A DNA stretch of 64,000 nt from NCBI GenBank assembly GCA_052387815.1, contig JBQTIU010000024.1, positions 3,028 through 67,027 of the forward strand, given 5' to 3'. Below are positions 30,254 through 39,403 of this stretch, piece by piece (positions within the stretch are counted from its first letter, which is position 1; the number at the start of each line of letters is the position of its first letter). The notes below the pieces were generated by a model that was not told where the DNA came from, searched no databases, and saw nothing but the letters and a program-made list of their open reading frames with translations. The DNA is from Pseudomonadota bacterium (GTDB lineage Bacteria; Pseudomonadota; Alphaproteobacteria; CACIAM-22H2). The position numbers and the translations under genes were made by a program.

Positions 30254-32141
30254 ATCGGCGCCACCACAGGGCGAAGTTCATAAGGTACCAGGCTTGCGGG
30301 CCGCGCCGCCGGGCCAAGAGCCTGGCGACCGCGGCCCGATCGAGGAAGTCGGTCTCGGCGCAAAAGCGGTCCAGCACGGCGCCCATTTCGGCGCCCAGGC
30401 GGCCCTGCATCCAGTCGGCCATCGGCACCGCGAAGCCCTGCTTGCGGCGGTCGATGATCCGGTCGGGAACGAGGCCGCGCACGGCGCGCTTCAAGACCGC
30501 CTTCAATTCGCCGTTGGCGAGCTTCCGGGTCTCGGGGATGCTCATGGCAAGCGTCGCGAACTCGTGGTCGAGGAACGGCACGCGGGCCTCGACGCTCGCC
30601 CCCATGCTCATCTTGTCGACGCGCATGAGAAGCAGCTCGGGCAGGCGCAGCGACAGATCGAGGTAGGTCATCCAGGCGAGCGGCGACTTCTCCCACGCCT
30701 TGGTCTCGAAGCGCCGGCGGATCGGGGCCAGCGCCTCCCACGAGGTGGTGCCGGCGAAGCGCTCTCTGAGCCGCGGCGAGAGGAGCGCCTGCTTCTCGGC
30801 CTCGGTGAAGGCCTCGGCCCCGCCCCAGAAGATCGGCAGCCCGGCGATGCCGCGGCGCAGGTACTCGGTCGCGGCGTGCCCGCCCAAGCCCGCGAGACGC
30901 AAGGCGGCGAGGCCGGCGCGCTTCAAGAACCGGGCAACGGGCAGCGCGTTGGCGCGCTCGAGCCCGCGCATCGCCTTCCAGTAGGGGTAGCCGCAGAACA
31001 GCTCGTCGGCGCCCTCGCCGACCTGCGCGACGATGACGCCGTGCTCGCGCGCCAGCTTCGAGACGTAGTAGACCGGCACGCACACCGGGTCGCCGATCGG
31101 CTCGTCCTGGAGCTCGATCATGCGCGGCAGGAAATCGAGAAGCCGCGCCTGGGTGAGCTCGAGAACGTGGTGCTCGGCGCCCACCTGTTGCGCGATCTGG
31201 CGCGCGTAGGGCATCTCGTCGGCGACGCTCGACTGGTCGCCGGGGAAGGCGATCGAGAAGGCCTTGACGCGGCCACGCTCGCCTTCCGAGAACAGCGCGA
31301 GGTTGGTGCTGGAATCGATGCCGCCCGACAGGAACACGCCGACCGGAACGTCCGAAACCTTTCGCAGCTTGACGGCGACGCGCAGCTCCGCGAGCACCCG
31401 CGCCGCCGTCTCCTGCTCGCTCATGGCGGAGAGCGGGCGCGCGTGGTCGAGCATGTCCCACCACTTTCGTTCGGTCGTCGTTCCGTCAGCGTCGACGCGG
31501 AGCCAGGTTCCGGCCGGCAGCTTGCAGATGCCCTTGAACAGGGTGGCCGGCGCCGGCGCGGTCAAGAACGAGAGGTAGTGGTAGAACGCCTCCTCGCCCA
31601 CCGCGCGCTCGCGCGTGGGATCGGCGAGGATCGCCTTGATCTCGGAGGCGAAGGCGACCCCGCGCGCATCGAGCGCGTAATAGAGCGGCTTGACCCCAAT
31701 GCGGTCGCGCACCAGCCACAGCGCCCGCGCGCGTGCATCCCACAGCGCGAAGGCGAACATGCCGCGCAAGCGCTCCAGGCAGTCGATCCCCCATTCCTCG
31801 AAGGCATGGAGGATGACCTCGGTATCGGCATGGTCGGTCTTCCACCTATGCCCGCCCTTGGCCTCGAGCTCGGCGCGGATCTCGGCGTGGTTGTAGATCT
31901 CGCCGTTGTAGACGATCATGAGCGTGCCGTCCTCGTTCGACATCGGCTGGCTTGCGGCCTCCGAGAGGTCGATGATGGCGAGGCGCCGGTGGGCGAGGCC
32001 GATCCGGCCGTCGGGCGAGCGCCACAGGCCGATGCCGTCGGGGCCGCGATGGGCCATGGTGTCGCGCATGGCGGCGAGCAGAGGCTCGCCGACCGCAAGC
32101 CGCGCCGGGTCGAAGGTCAGGATGCCGGCGATGCCGCACAT
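30240..32141 (-). CDS. asnB: asparagine synthase (glutamine-hydrolysing) family amidotransferase (WbpS/AsnB-like)
   Basis: MCGIAGI N-terminal nucleophile, a GATase-2 domain and the SGGIDSS PP-loop. Confidence 0.9.
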   Translation of the reverse strand: MCGIAGILTFDPARLAVGEPLLAAMRDTMAHRGPDGIGLWRSPDGRIGLAHRRLAIIDLSEAASQPMSNEDGTLMIVYNGEIYNHAEIRAELEAKGGHRWKTDHADTEVILHAFEEWGIDCLERLRGMFAFALWDARARALWLVRDRIGVKPLYYALDARGVAFASEIKAILADPTRERAVGEEAFYHYLSFLTAPAPATLFKGICKLPAGTWLRVDADGTTTERKWWDMLDHARPLSAMSEQETAARVLAELRVAVKLRKVSDVPVGVFLSGGIDSSTNLALFSEGERGRVKAFSIAFPGDQSSVADEMPYARQIAQQVGAEHHVLELTQARLLDFLPRMIELQDEPIGDPVCVPVYYVSKLAREHGVIVAQVGEGADELFCGYPYWKAMRGLERANALPVARFLKRAGLAALRLAGLGGHAATEYLRRGIAGLPIFWGGAEAFTEAEKQALLSPRLRERFAGTTSWEALAPIRRRFETKAWEKSPLAWMTYLDLSLRLPELLLMRVDKMSMGASVEARVPFLDHEFATLAMSIPETRKLANGELKAVLKRAVRGLVPDRIIDRRKQGFAVPMADWMQGRLGAEMGAVLDRFCAETDFLDRAAVARLLARRRGPQAWYLMNFALWWRRFVAA

Positions 32142-32160
32142 GTCATGATCGAACAGGATT

Positions 32161-32212
32161 CGTGGCGGGTTTCCATCTCGCGCAGGCGGGTTGAAAACCC
32201 ACCCCTACCTGG
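32161..32212. repeat. single degenerate copy of the REP-like element
   Basis: GGCGGGTTGAAAACCCACCCCTACC resembles the 3' part of the 16981-17215 units (GGCGGGTCATAAACCCGCCCCTACGG). It is also intergenic in the operon. Confidence 0.35.
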
Positions 32213-33008
32213 TCGCATGGATGGCGATGAACGAGCCGAGCGCCTCGGGGATAAGGCGGCCGAGCCAGCCGAGGTGCTGGCGATCGTAAGGGGTGACGAT
32301 CGGCCACGCCTCCATATCGGCAAAGGCGCCGAACAAGGCGCGGATCTCGGAGAGCGTATAGGCCTTGGTGCCGGGGCTCTCGAAGTGGCTGGCGATGACC
32401 TCGGCAAGGTTGCGGAAGGGGCGGCCGGCGCAGAGAGCGTGTTTCAACCATTCCTTCAAGAACGCGGCCGACCAGCGCTTGTAGAACATGCCGCGGAACT
32501 CGCCGCCCGGCTTGAGCACGCGATGGATTTGGGCGACGACCCGGTCCGGGTGCGGGGCGTGGTGGATCACGCCCCACGACCACACGAGATCGAAGAACTG
32601 GTCCGCGAAGGGCAGGCCTTCGGCGTCCACCCGCTGGAGCTCGGAGGCGAGGCCGTGGAGCGCAAGGCGCCGGCGCGTCGCCTCGACGGCCGCCTCGGTC
32701 AGGTCGACGCCCCAGCACCGGGCGCCGGCCCGCGCCCATTGCAGGTGGTCGGTGCCGGCCCCGACCCCGATCTCGAGCACCCGCTTGCCGCGATAGCGGG
32801 TGAACTGGGCGACCGCGTGGATGAAGGGCTCGTTGGCGTAGCGGCGCTCCTCGACCCGCTCGCACCAGGCGAGGCTGCCGGGCTCGATGCCGCCGGTCAC
32901 CAGGGGGCCGGTCCCGCACGGCTCCTTCTCCCAGAAGGCGCGGACTTGCTCGTTGAGGGTGTCGGCCATGATCGCCCGCGTCCAGGCCCTTACAACCTCA
33001 CCGGCCAT
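32205..33008 (-). CDS. class I SAM-dependent methyltransferase
   Basis: VLEIGVGAGTDHL motif I and a VLKPGG motif. There is an alternative start at 32969. Confidence 0.7.
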   Translation of the reverse strand: MAGEVVRAWTRAIMADTLNEQVRAFWEKEPCGTGPLVTGGIEPGSLAWCERVEERRYANEPFIHAVAQFTRYRGKRVLEIGVGAGTDHLQWARAGARCWGVDLTEAAVEATRRRLALHGLASELQRVDAEGLPFADQFFDLVWSWGVIHHAPHPDRVVAQIHRVLKPGGEFRGMFYKRWSAAFLKEWLKHALCAGRPFRNLAEVIASHFESPGTKAYTLSEIRALFGAFADMEAWPIVTPYDRQHLGWLGRLIPEALGSFIAIHATR

Positions 33009-33336
33009 AAACGAGGCGGCCGTAATGCCGGGCCGTATAGGTCAGGGTGCCGACTTCATCCTTGTAGCGCTCGAACCGCGACCGCCGGCAGGGAAACACG
33101 TCGGCCGCAATCCCGAGCCCGCGCGTGGCCTCGAACCCGGCGATGACGTTGCACTGCTTAGCGGGAGTGTCGTCGGGGACGACGACCAGAAGGTCGTAGT
33201 CGCTATCCCCGCGGGAATCCTCCCGCGCTCTCAAGCCGAACAAATAGACCGCTTCGGCCCGGAATGCCGGCACGATCCGCGCCAACAATCGCTCCAAGTC
33301 TGCGTCGACGTGAGCGGGCGGCGAGTCGATCATCAT
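32998..33336 (-). CDS. nucleotidyltransferase-domain protein (MNT-like, no HepT partner)
   Basis: GLRAREDSRGDSDYDLLVVV nucleotidyltransferase motif. It stands alone, with no adjacent HEPN gene. Confidence 0.5.
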   Translation of the reverse strand: MMIDSPPAHVDADLERLLARIVPAFRAEAVYLFGLRAREDSRGDSDYDLLVVVPDDTPAKQCNVIAGFEATRGLGIAADVFPCRRSRFERYKDEVGTLTYTARHYGRLVYGR

Positions 33337-33382
33337 GCTTCTATTCTACCCGGCAAGATCGCGCCGCGGACAACGTTCCGAG

Positions 33383-34738
33383 TCACGTGTCGGCTGGTTC
33401 CCGCACCGCCGCGATGAGCGCTTCCTGGAAGCGCCGCCGCACCACGCTAGCGTCGTGGTTGGCCAGCGCCACCGCGCGCGCCCGCGCGACCAGGCTCATG
33501 CGCAGGCCGGCGCCGTCGAGCAAGCGCACGATGCCCTCCGCCGCGCGGCCGGGTTCGCCAACCACGTGCGCCCAGCCCTCGCGCTTGGCATAGGCGATTT
33601 GCGCCGTCGCCTCGGGCCCGTAGGCGAGGACCGGCGTCCCGGACACGAGGTAGGCCGGCAGCTTGGTCGGCATGGAGAAGCGGACGAGGCGCACGCTCTC
33701 GGCGTCGAAGTTGACGGGCAGGACGAGGATGTCGGCAGCGCCGATGGCGCCGAAGAATTCCTCGTCATCGGCGATGGTGTCGTGGAGGCGGACGCAGGGC
33801 GCGACCTCGAGCCGGGCGCGGAAGCGCTCGGCGAGGAAGGCGGGGCTGTGGATGTCGAAGCGCAGGCGACGGCCGCCGCGGACGAGCGCGGCGACGGCAT
33901 GGGCGACGTCGATCAAGCTTTGCGCCTGGGCGTTGTCGAAGATCGAGCCCACGTAGAGCACCCGGGCGGGGTCGCCGACCGGCCGTGACGACGGCGGGGT
34001 GCCGGCGCGGATTCCCATATCGACGGCGTTCTGAAAGGCTTGGAACGGGACGCCGTAGCGCGCCGCGTAAGCCCCGGCCATGTCCCCGCCGATGGCAAGC
34101 CGCGCCGCGGCGGTCGCGACCAGCCGTCGGACGAGGGCGCGCATGCGCGCATTCGGCAGCGCCGACAACAGACCGCCGCGATAGAGATACGAGGGCCAGT
34201 CGTCCATGAAGTGGACGACCAGCTTGAGGCCGAAGCGGCGGCGGATCGCCTCGACGAGCTCCATCATGCCGATCGTCCCGAAGGCGGCGTAGATGAGCTC
34301 GGGACGGAAGGCGGCGATCCAACGCTCGAGCTCGAGCGACAGCCGGCCGCTATCCGGCCACGCATTGCCGATCAGCGCGCGCTTGATCTGCCGGGCCACG
34401 CTCGAGTGAGCTTTCGATGTCGGGGCCGCCTCGCCCGCGGCGCCGCCGTTCGCCTCAAGGCTCAGCCAGCGGCCGAGCCCCGGCCAGCGGCCGATCTCGC
34501 GCGCCGACAGGCGATAGAAATGACGGCAAACCTCGCTCGTCACCGGCACCGGGTCGTCGTGCACGGTGGCGAGCCGGTCGGCCGGCCAGGACCGGAACAG
34601 GTTGGAGAAGGTGATTCCGCCGCCGGTCGTGCGGTTGAACGCGGCGGAGGTCACGAACAGGACGCGCGGGCGGGGGTCGGCGGAGGGCTCCGCCACGCCC
34701 GAGCGGCGGTCAGACGAAGTGAAGGTTGTTGACGCCAA
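33383..34738 (-). CDS. GT4-family glycosyltransferase
   Basis: GT-B pattern with a C-terminal E..E region and PRVLFVTSAAF at the N-terminus. Confidence 0.6.
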   Translation of the reverse strand: MASTTFTSSDRRSGVAEPSADPRPRVLFVTSAAFNRTTGGGITFSNLFRSWPADRLATVHDDPVPVTSEVCRHFYRLSAREIGRWPGLGRWLSLEANGGAAGEAAPTSKAHSSVARQIKRALIGNAWPDSGRLSLELERWIAAFRPELIYAAFGTIGMMELVEAIRRRFGLKLVVHFMDDWPSYLYRGGLLSALPNARMRALVRRLVATAAARLAIGGDMAGAYAARYGVPFQAFQNAVDMGIRAGTPPSSRPVGDPARVLYVGSIFDNAQAQSLIDVAHAVAALVRGGRRLRFDIHSPAFLAERFRARLEVAPCVRLHDTIADDEEFFGAIGAADILVLPVNFDAESVRLVRFSMPTKLPAYLVSGTPVLAYGPEATAQIAYAKREGWAHVVGEPGRAAEGIVRLLDGAGLRMSLVARARAVALANHDASVVRRRFQEALIAAVREPADT

Positions 34739-35675
34739 GAGCCAGACGCTTCGCTTGAATCATTATCCGCATCGGGTGCTTGAAAATGGGATCGATGCCG
34801 AACCGAAAGCCGGGGGTTGCCTGGCGCAGACTGTCGATCGCGGCGCGCAGGCTCAGCACGTAGGGGCGGTAGATGTGCCGTGCCGCCTCCGCAGGCACCT
34901 TCATGTGGCCGGCGTAGAGGTCGTACAGCCGCGCCCCGAAGATCTGCAGTCCCTGGAAATGAAAGAGCAGCAGCTCGTCGTCGTCGAGAAAGACGGTTCC
35001 GTCCCGCACCGCGACGCGGTAGCCCTCGATATTCCACGGCGCCGCGTTGAGGCCCTTGTGCGCCGAGGCGTGCACGCCGTCGAACAGTCCGGGCAGTTGC
35101 TCGAGATATTTCTGGTCGCCGCAGGCGTCGGCGGTCGGTACGTTGGGACAGAATTCGAGGCAACGCTCGCCCCACCAGGCGAGCGCGCGCCGAGCTGGCG
35201 GGGAACTGCGGCACGCCACGTAGCCGGCGTTGTAACGGCCCGACGGCCCTTCATGGATGGCAAAGGCGGGGGTCGCGAAGCGATGGGCCGTGAGCACGAC
35301 GTTCGCACCCGCGGCGGCCGCAAGGCCCCGATCCGGATCGCCGAACGCCATCATGTCGCCGTCGAGATAGACGGCCCAGTCCGGCGACGGGTCGCCGGAG
35401 AGTGCGTGCAGCAGGGCGAACGGCTTCGCGGTCCAGCAATACTCGTTGAGGGCGCGGTCGGGCTTGACGGCCCGCAGCGCCTCGGTCTCGAAATCGCGGC
35501 CGCGCACCACCCGCGCCTTGGGCAGGCGCAGGCGCTCGAGGACATCGGCGCAGGGCTCATCCATGCAGTAGAACGCGAAGCGGCGCTCGCCGAGGTACGG
35601 TTCCAGTGACCGGTAGAGGCACAGCGCCCGCGCGGCGTAGTAAACGGTAATGACCGTCAGGTACAGCACCTTCAT
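34710..35675 (-). CDS. hypothetical protein, possible DxD-type sugar transferase
   Basis: 321-aa coding ORF, trimmed from the 665-aa track ORF to ATG 35675 (ATGA overlap). It contains a YLDGDMMAF DxD-like motif. No confident family assignment. Confidence 0.35.
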   Translation of the reverse strand: MKVLYLTVITVYYAARALCLYRSLEPYLGERRFAFYCMDEPCADVLERLRLPKARVVRGRDFETEALRAVKPDRALNEYCWTAKPFALLHALSGDPSPDWAVYLDGDMMAFGDPDRGLAAAAGANVVLTAHRFATPAFAIHEGPSGRYNAGYVACRSSPPARRALAWWGERCLEFCPNVPTADACGDQKYLEQLPGLFDGVHASAHKGLNAAPWNIEGYRVAVRDGTVFLDDDELLLFHFQGLQIFGARLYDLYAGHMKVPAEAARHIYRPYVLSLRAAIDSLRQATPGFRFGIDPIFKHPMRIMIQAKRLALGVNNLHFV

Positions 35676-36634
35676 GGCGCGGTCGGTGCCGTAACCCGGG
35701 CGGCTTCGATGACGCGGTCGATTCCTTCCTCGAGGCCGATTCTCGGCCGCCACCCGGTCGCCGCCGCGATGCGGCGGTTGTCGCCGACCAGCCAGGGCGG
35801 ATCTTCGGCCCGATAGGGAAGGGCGCCGAACTTCAGGAGCTCGGCCGGGGCACCGAGGCGCAAGGCGACCAGCGTTGCCGCCGCACGTACGGTCGTCGCT
35901 CGGCCCGTGCAGACGTTGTAAGCCTCGTAGTCGGCCACCGAGGCGGAGGTCGCGAGCGCCTCGAGCACGGTCGCGACGTCGTCGACGAAGACGAAATCCC
36001 GGACTTGCTCGCCGGGACTGAGGGCGACGGGCTCGCCGCAACGAAGCTGCCGGGCGAGCGCCGACATCAAACGGTGCGGCGCTTCGCTGGGGCCGTAGGT
36101 GAGGAACGGCCGCGCGACCACGAAAGGCAGCCCGAGGGCCCGCGCCCGCGCCGTACCCTCGCGGGTGGCCGCCGCCTTGGCGCCGCCATAGCCACTTTCG
36201 TCCGGCAGCACAAGCGGGGCATCCTCGGCGACCAGGGTGCCCGGCCTTGCGGTCGCGTATTCCGAGCAACTCCCGGCATGCACGAAACGGCGGAGCGGCC
36301 AGCGCGCGCTCGCCTCGATGAGAGCAAGCAACAGATCCGCGTTGCCGGCCCGCAACTCGCGCTCGTCGCGATCGCGCGGGTTGACGCCGTAGGCGGCCAG
36401 ATTGAAGACCGCCTCGGAAAGGTGCCCGGACAGGGCGGCGGCGAGTGTGCGCGGGGCGAACGTGTCGAGCGCGACGACATCGGCGCCGGCGAGCCCGGCG
36501 TGCCGCTCGGGTGCGTAGGAACGGGCGCGCACGAGGCAGACGACGGCCGTGCCGCGCGCCAGCAGCCGCCGGACAAGGACACCGCCGACGAAACCGGTCG
36601 CCCCGCTGACGACCGCCGTTCGTAGCCGCGTCAT
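35672..36634 (-). CDS. NAD-dependent epimerase/dehydratase (SDR), CDP-sugar branch
   Basis: VVSGATGFVGGVLVRRL Rossmann motif and a YGGAK catalytic motif. Confidence 0.75.
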   Translation of the reverse strand: MTRLRTAVVSGATGFVGGVLVRRLLARGTAVVCLVRARSYAPERHAGLAGADVVALDTFAPRTLAAALSGHLSEAVFNLAAYGVNPRDRDERELRAGNADLLLALIEASARWPLRRFVHAGSCSEYATARPGTLVAEDAPLVLPDESGYGGAKAAATREGTARARALGLPFVVARPFLTYGPSEAPHRLMSALARQLRCGEPVALSPGEQVRDFVFVDDVATVLEALATSASVADYEAYNVCTGRATTVRAAATLVALRLGAPAELLKFGALPYRAEDPPWLVGDNRRIAAATGWRPRIGLEEGIDRVIEAARVTAPTAP

Positions 36635-37701
36635 CGAGCGTAGAGGACCGCGGCGAAGGCATCGATCTGCCGCAGCAGGATGGCCCGCGCGCTGGCGCGG
36701 TCAGCAAGGCAGGCCTGGTACCAATCGCAGGTCAGCGCGACCCCATCGTCGAGCGACAGAAGCGGCTGCCAACCGAGCCGGTCGCGCGCCTTCGCGGTGT
36801 CGAGCCTAAGCAGCGTCTGTTCGTGAAAGCTCGCGCTCTCCGGACGCTCCTCGATCAATCCCGTGCCCCAGCGGCGGACCAGCCGTTGGGCGAGATCGCG
36901 GACGGTGATGGCGTCGTCCGGCGGCGGGCCGAAGTTCCAGCCTTCGGCGAAGGCACGGCCTTGGTCGACGAGCGACTTGCCGAGCAGGAGGTAGCCGTGC
37001 AAGGGATCGAGGACGTGCTGCCACGGCCTGGTCGCTTGCGGCCGGCGCAGGACCAGCGACTGGCCGCCGGCGATGGCGCGCACGAAGTCGGGTACCAGGC
37101 GGTGGTGCGACCAGTCGCCGCCGCCGATGACGTTGCCGCTGCGCGCGCTGGCGACGGCGGCGCTGCCCGCGGCGGCGAAGAACGAGCTGCGGTAGGCGTG
37201 CGTCGCCAGCTCGGCGCACGCCTTGCTGGCGCTGTAGGGATCGGCGCCGCCGAGGGGATCGTCCTCGCGATGGGCCCGGCTCGGGTTGCGGTTGTCGTAG
37301 ACCTTGTCGCTGGTCGCCACGACGACGGCCGCCACCGAGGGCGTGTGCCGGGCCGCTTCGAGCACGTTCACCGTGCCGAGGAGGTTGATGGCGAACGTCG
37401 CCTGCGGCTGTTCGTAGGAGCGGCCGACGAGCGACTGCCCGGCGAGATGAAAGACCACCTCCGGCCGGACCTGCGCGAACAGCGCCGCCACACCGTCGCT
37501 GTCGCGCACGTCGCCGATGACCGAGACGCAATCCCGCTCGATTTCGGCCTCGGCGAAGAACTCGCTCTCCGGCGGCAAGGCGAAGCCGACCGTCCGGGCG
37601 CCCAGGCGCGCAAGCCAGGCGACGAGCCATCCGCCCTTGAAGCCGGTGTGCCCGGTCACCAGCACCCGACGGTCGCGATAGGTGCTTGCGAGCGCGTCCA
37701 T
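36631..37701 (-). CDS. rfbG: CDP-glucose 4,6-dehydratase
   Basis: VLVTGHTGFKGGWL and YSASKA motifs and 356 aa, typical of RfbG/DdhB. The start is ATG 37701, 1 nt from the rfbF stop. Confidence 0.8.
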   Translation of the reverse strand: MDALASTYRDRRVLVTGHTGFKGGWLVAWLARLGARTVGFALPPESEFFAEAEIERDCVSVIGDVRDSDGVAALFAQVRPEVVFHLAGQSLVGRSYEQPQATFAINLLGTVNVLEAARHTPSVAAVVVATSDKVYDNRNPSRAHREDDPLGGADPYSASKACAELATHAYRSSFFAAAGSAAVASARSGNVIGGGDWSHHRLVPDFVRAIAGGQSLVLRRPQATRPWQHVLDPLHGYLLLGKSLVDQGRAFAEGWNFGPPPDDAITVRDLAQRLVRRWGTGLIEERPESASFHEQTLLRLDTAKARDRLGWQPLLSLDDGVALTCDWYQACLADRASARAILLRQIDAFAAVLYAR

Positions 37702-38471
37702 CACGCCCAGATCTTCCACGCCGCGCGGCCGCTCGCCCACAGCGCCTCGAGGAGCTGCTTCTCGCGCAGCGTGTCCATGGGCTGCCAGAACCCGTCGTGG
37801 CGGTAGGCCATGAGCTGGCCGTCGTTGGCGAGCCGCTCGAGCGGCTGCTGCTCGAGCATCGCGTCGTCGCCGGCAAGATAGGCGAACACGTCCGGCTCGA
37901 AGACGAAGAAGCCGCCGTTGATCCAGCCCTCGCCGATCTGCGGCTTCTCCGCGAAGCGCTTGACGGTATCGCCTTCGATGTCGAGGCCGCCGAACCTGGC
38001 GGGAGGACGGACCGCCGTCACGGTGGCGAGCTTGCCGTGCCCGAGGTGGAAAGCGAGCAGTTTGCGGAGGTCGATATCGGCGACCCCATCGCCGTAGGTG
38101 ACCATGAACCGGGTCGAGCCCAGAAGGCTCGTCAAGCGCAGGAGCCGGCCGCCGGTCAACGTATCGAGGCCGGTATCGATTACCGTGACCCGCCACTCCA
38201 CCCGATTCGGCGACAAGATCGTCGTCTTGCCCGACTTGAGGTCGATGGTGAAATCGCTGCTGCGCACGAAGAAATCGTGGAAATACTCCTTGATGGCTTC
38301 GGCTTTGAAGCCGCACGCGACGATGAACTCCTTGAAGCCGTGGGCGGCATAGATGTTCATGATGTGCCAGAGCATCGGCTTGCCGCCGATCTCGACCATC
38401 GGTTTTGGCCGCGCCGACGTCTCCTCGGCCAGGCGCGAGCCGGTGCCGCCGGCGAGAATGACGACTTTCAT
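37701..38471 (-). CDS. rfbF: glucose-1-phosphate cytidylyltransferase
   Basis: MKVVILAGGTGSRL...KPMVEIGGKP N-terminus and 256 aa, typical of RfbF/DdhA. Confidence 0.85.
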   Translation of the reverse strand: MKVVILAGGTGSRLAEETSARPKPMVEIGGKPMLWHIMNIYAAHGFKEFIVACGFKAEAIKEYFHDFFVRSSDFTIDLKSGKTTILSPNRVEWRVTVIDTGLDTLTGGRLLRLTSLLGSTRFMVTYGDGVADIDLRKLLAFHLGHGKLATVTAVRPPARFGGLDIEGDTVKRFAEKPQIGEGWINGGFFVFEPDVFAYLAGDDAMLEQQPLERLANDGQLMAYRHDGFWQPMDTLREKQLLEALWASGRAAWKIWA

Positions 38472-39403
38472 CGATCGAGGTTCATGGCAACGGCCTTCCG
38501 GAACACGGCGAGATGCGATTCGCCGGCGAGTCCGTGGCGCTGGAGCTCGAACGCGATCGGCGCAAGCGCATCGACGGCGAGCCGCCGCGCGAAATTGCTG
38601 CATTTGTGGAGAATCGCGCCCCTGCCGGCGGGGCGGGCATGGCGCAAAAGATACAGTTTATATTGCGCGCGGTTGATCGGCTCAGTCCGGTAGTCGATGA
38701 AGTCAAGGCCGAACCGTTCGGCCGCGACCTCGAAGCAAGACTTGCGCCACAGTGTGGCATGGTGAGGCGGCAGGTTGAGGTAGTTGCCGACCAGCTCTCC
38801 CACGAACCCGTCCTGGTTCGGCAGGGAGACCAGGAGGAATCCATCGGCCGCGAGCTTAGCGGCACCGGCGCGGAAAAACGCGGCCGGATCGGCAAGATGC
38901 TCGACGACGTGGAACGCCACGATGGCCTCCTGTCCCGGTTCGACCGATTCGAGCGCATGATCGGAGACCGGGAGGTCGACCTTACGAGCTGCGGCGACAG
39001 CGGCAGGGTTGAACTCTAGCCCCTCGACCCTCGCAATGGCGTGCCGCGCCTGGTTCAGAAAATCGCCGCGCCCGGCACCGAGTTCCAGCACGCTATCGAC
39101 TCCCGCCTGGACCAGGACCTCGATCGCTACCGCCCATTCCCATCTCCCCGCGCTGTAATAGGGCGCCCAATCGGAAAGCCGCGCGTAGAGAGACGCCGGT
39201 CCAATCATCGCGGGAACGAACCGGTGCAGGCCGCAGCCCGCGCACCGCCGTTGTTCGAGCGCCGGCGGCAAGTCGGGAAAATCCGCATCGATGTCGTAGC
39301 CGAATCCGCGCCAATAGGTACGAATGCCGGCGACCGGGACCGGCGGTTCGCCGACATAAGCAGGGCTCCCGCACAGCGGACACAACGACCCGTCAGCTGG
39401 CAT
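38468..39403 (-). CDS. class I SAM-methyltransferase with an N-terminal CxxC...CxxC zinc ribbon
   Basis: CPLCGS...CAGCG zinc ribbon followed by a LELGAGRGDF SAM motif. The start is ATG 39403. Confidence 0.6.
   Translation of the reverse strand: MPADGSLCPLCGSPAYVGEPPVPVAGIRTYWRGFGYDIDADFPDLPPALEQRRCAGCGLHRFVPAMIGPASLYARLSDWAPYYSAGRWEWAVAIEVLVQAGVDSVLELGAGRGDFLNQARHAIARVEGLEFNPAAVAAARKVDLPVSDHALESVEPGQEAIVAFHVVEHLADPAAFFRAGAAKLAADGFLLVSLPNQDGFVGELVGNYLNLPPHHATLWRKSCFEVAAERFGLDFIDYRTEPINRAQYKLYLLRHARPAGRGAILHKCSNFARRLAVDALAPIAFELQRHGLAGESHLAVFRKAVAMNLDR

Noticed and set aside
34710-36707. 665-aa ORF spanning two genes
   Set aside because: The upstream 340 aa are an alternative frame of the 35672..36634 epimerase gene. 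Only the C-terminal 321 aa from ATG 35675 look like a real protein.
36631-38603. Tool ORFs 36631..38316 and 37701..38603 read as single long proteins
   Set aside because: Each contains N-terminal junk upstream of a clear internal ATG. The ATGs are 37701 for the rfbG-like gene and 38471 for the rfbF-like gene. Both coincide with stop/start overlaps with neighbours.
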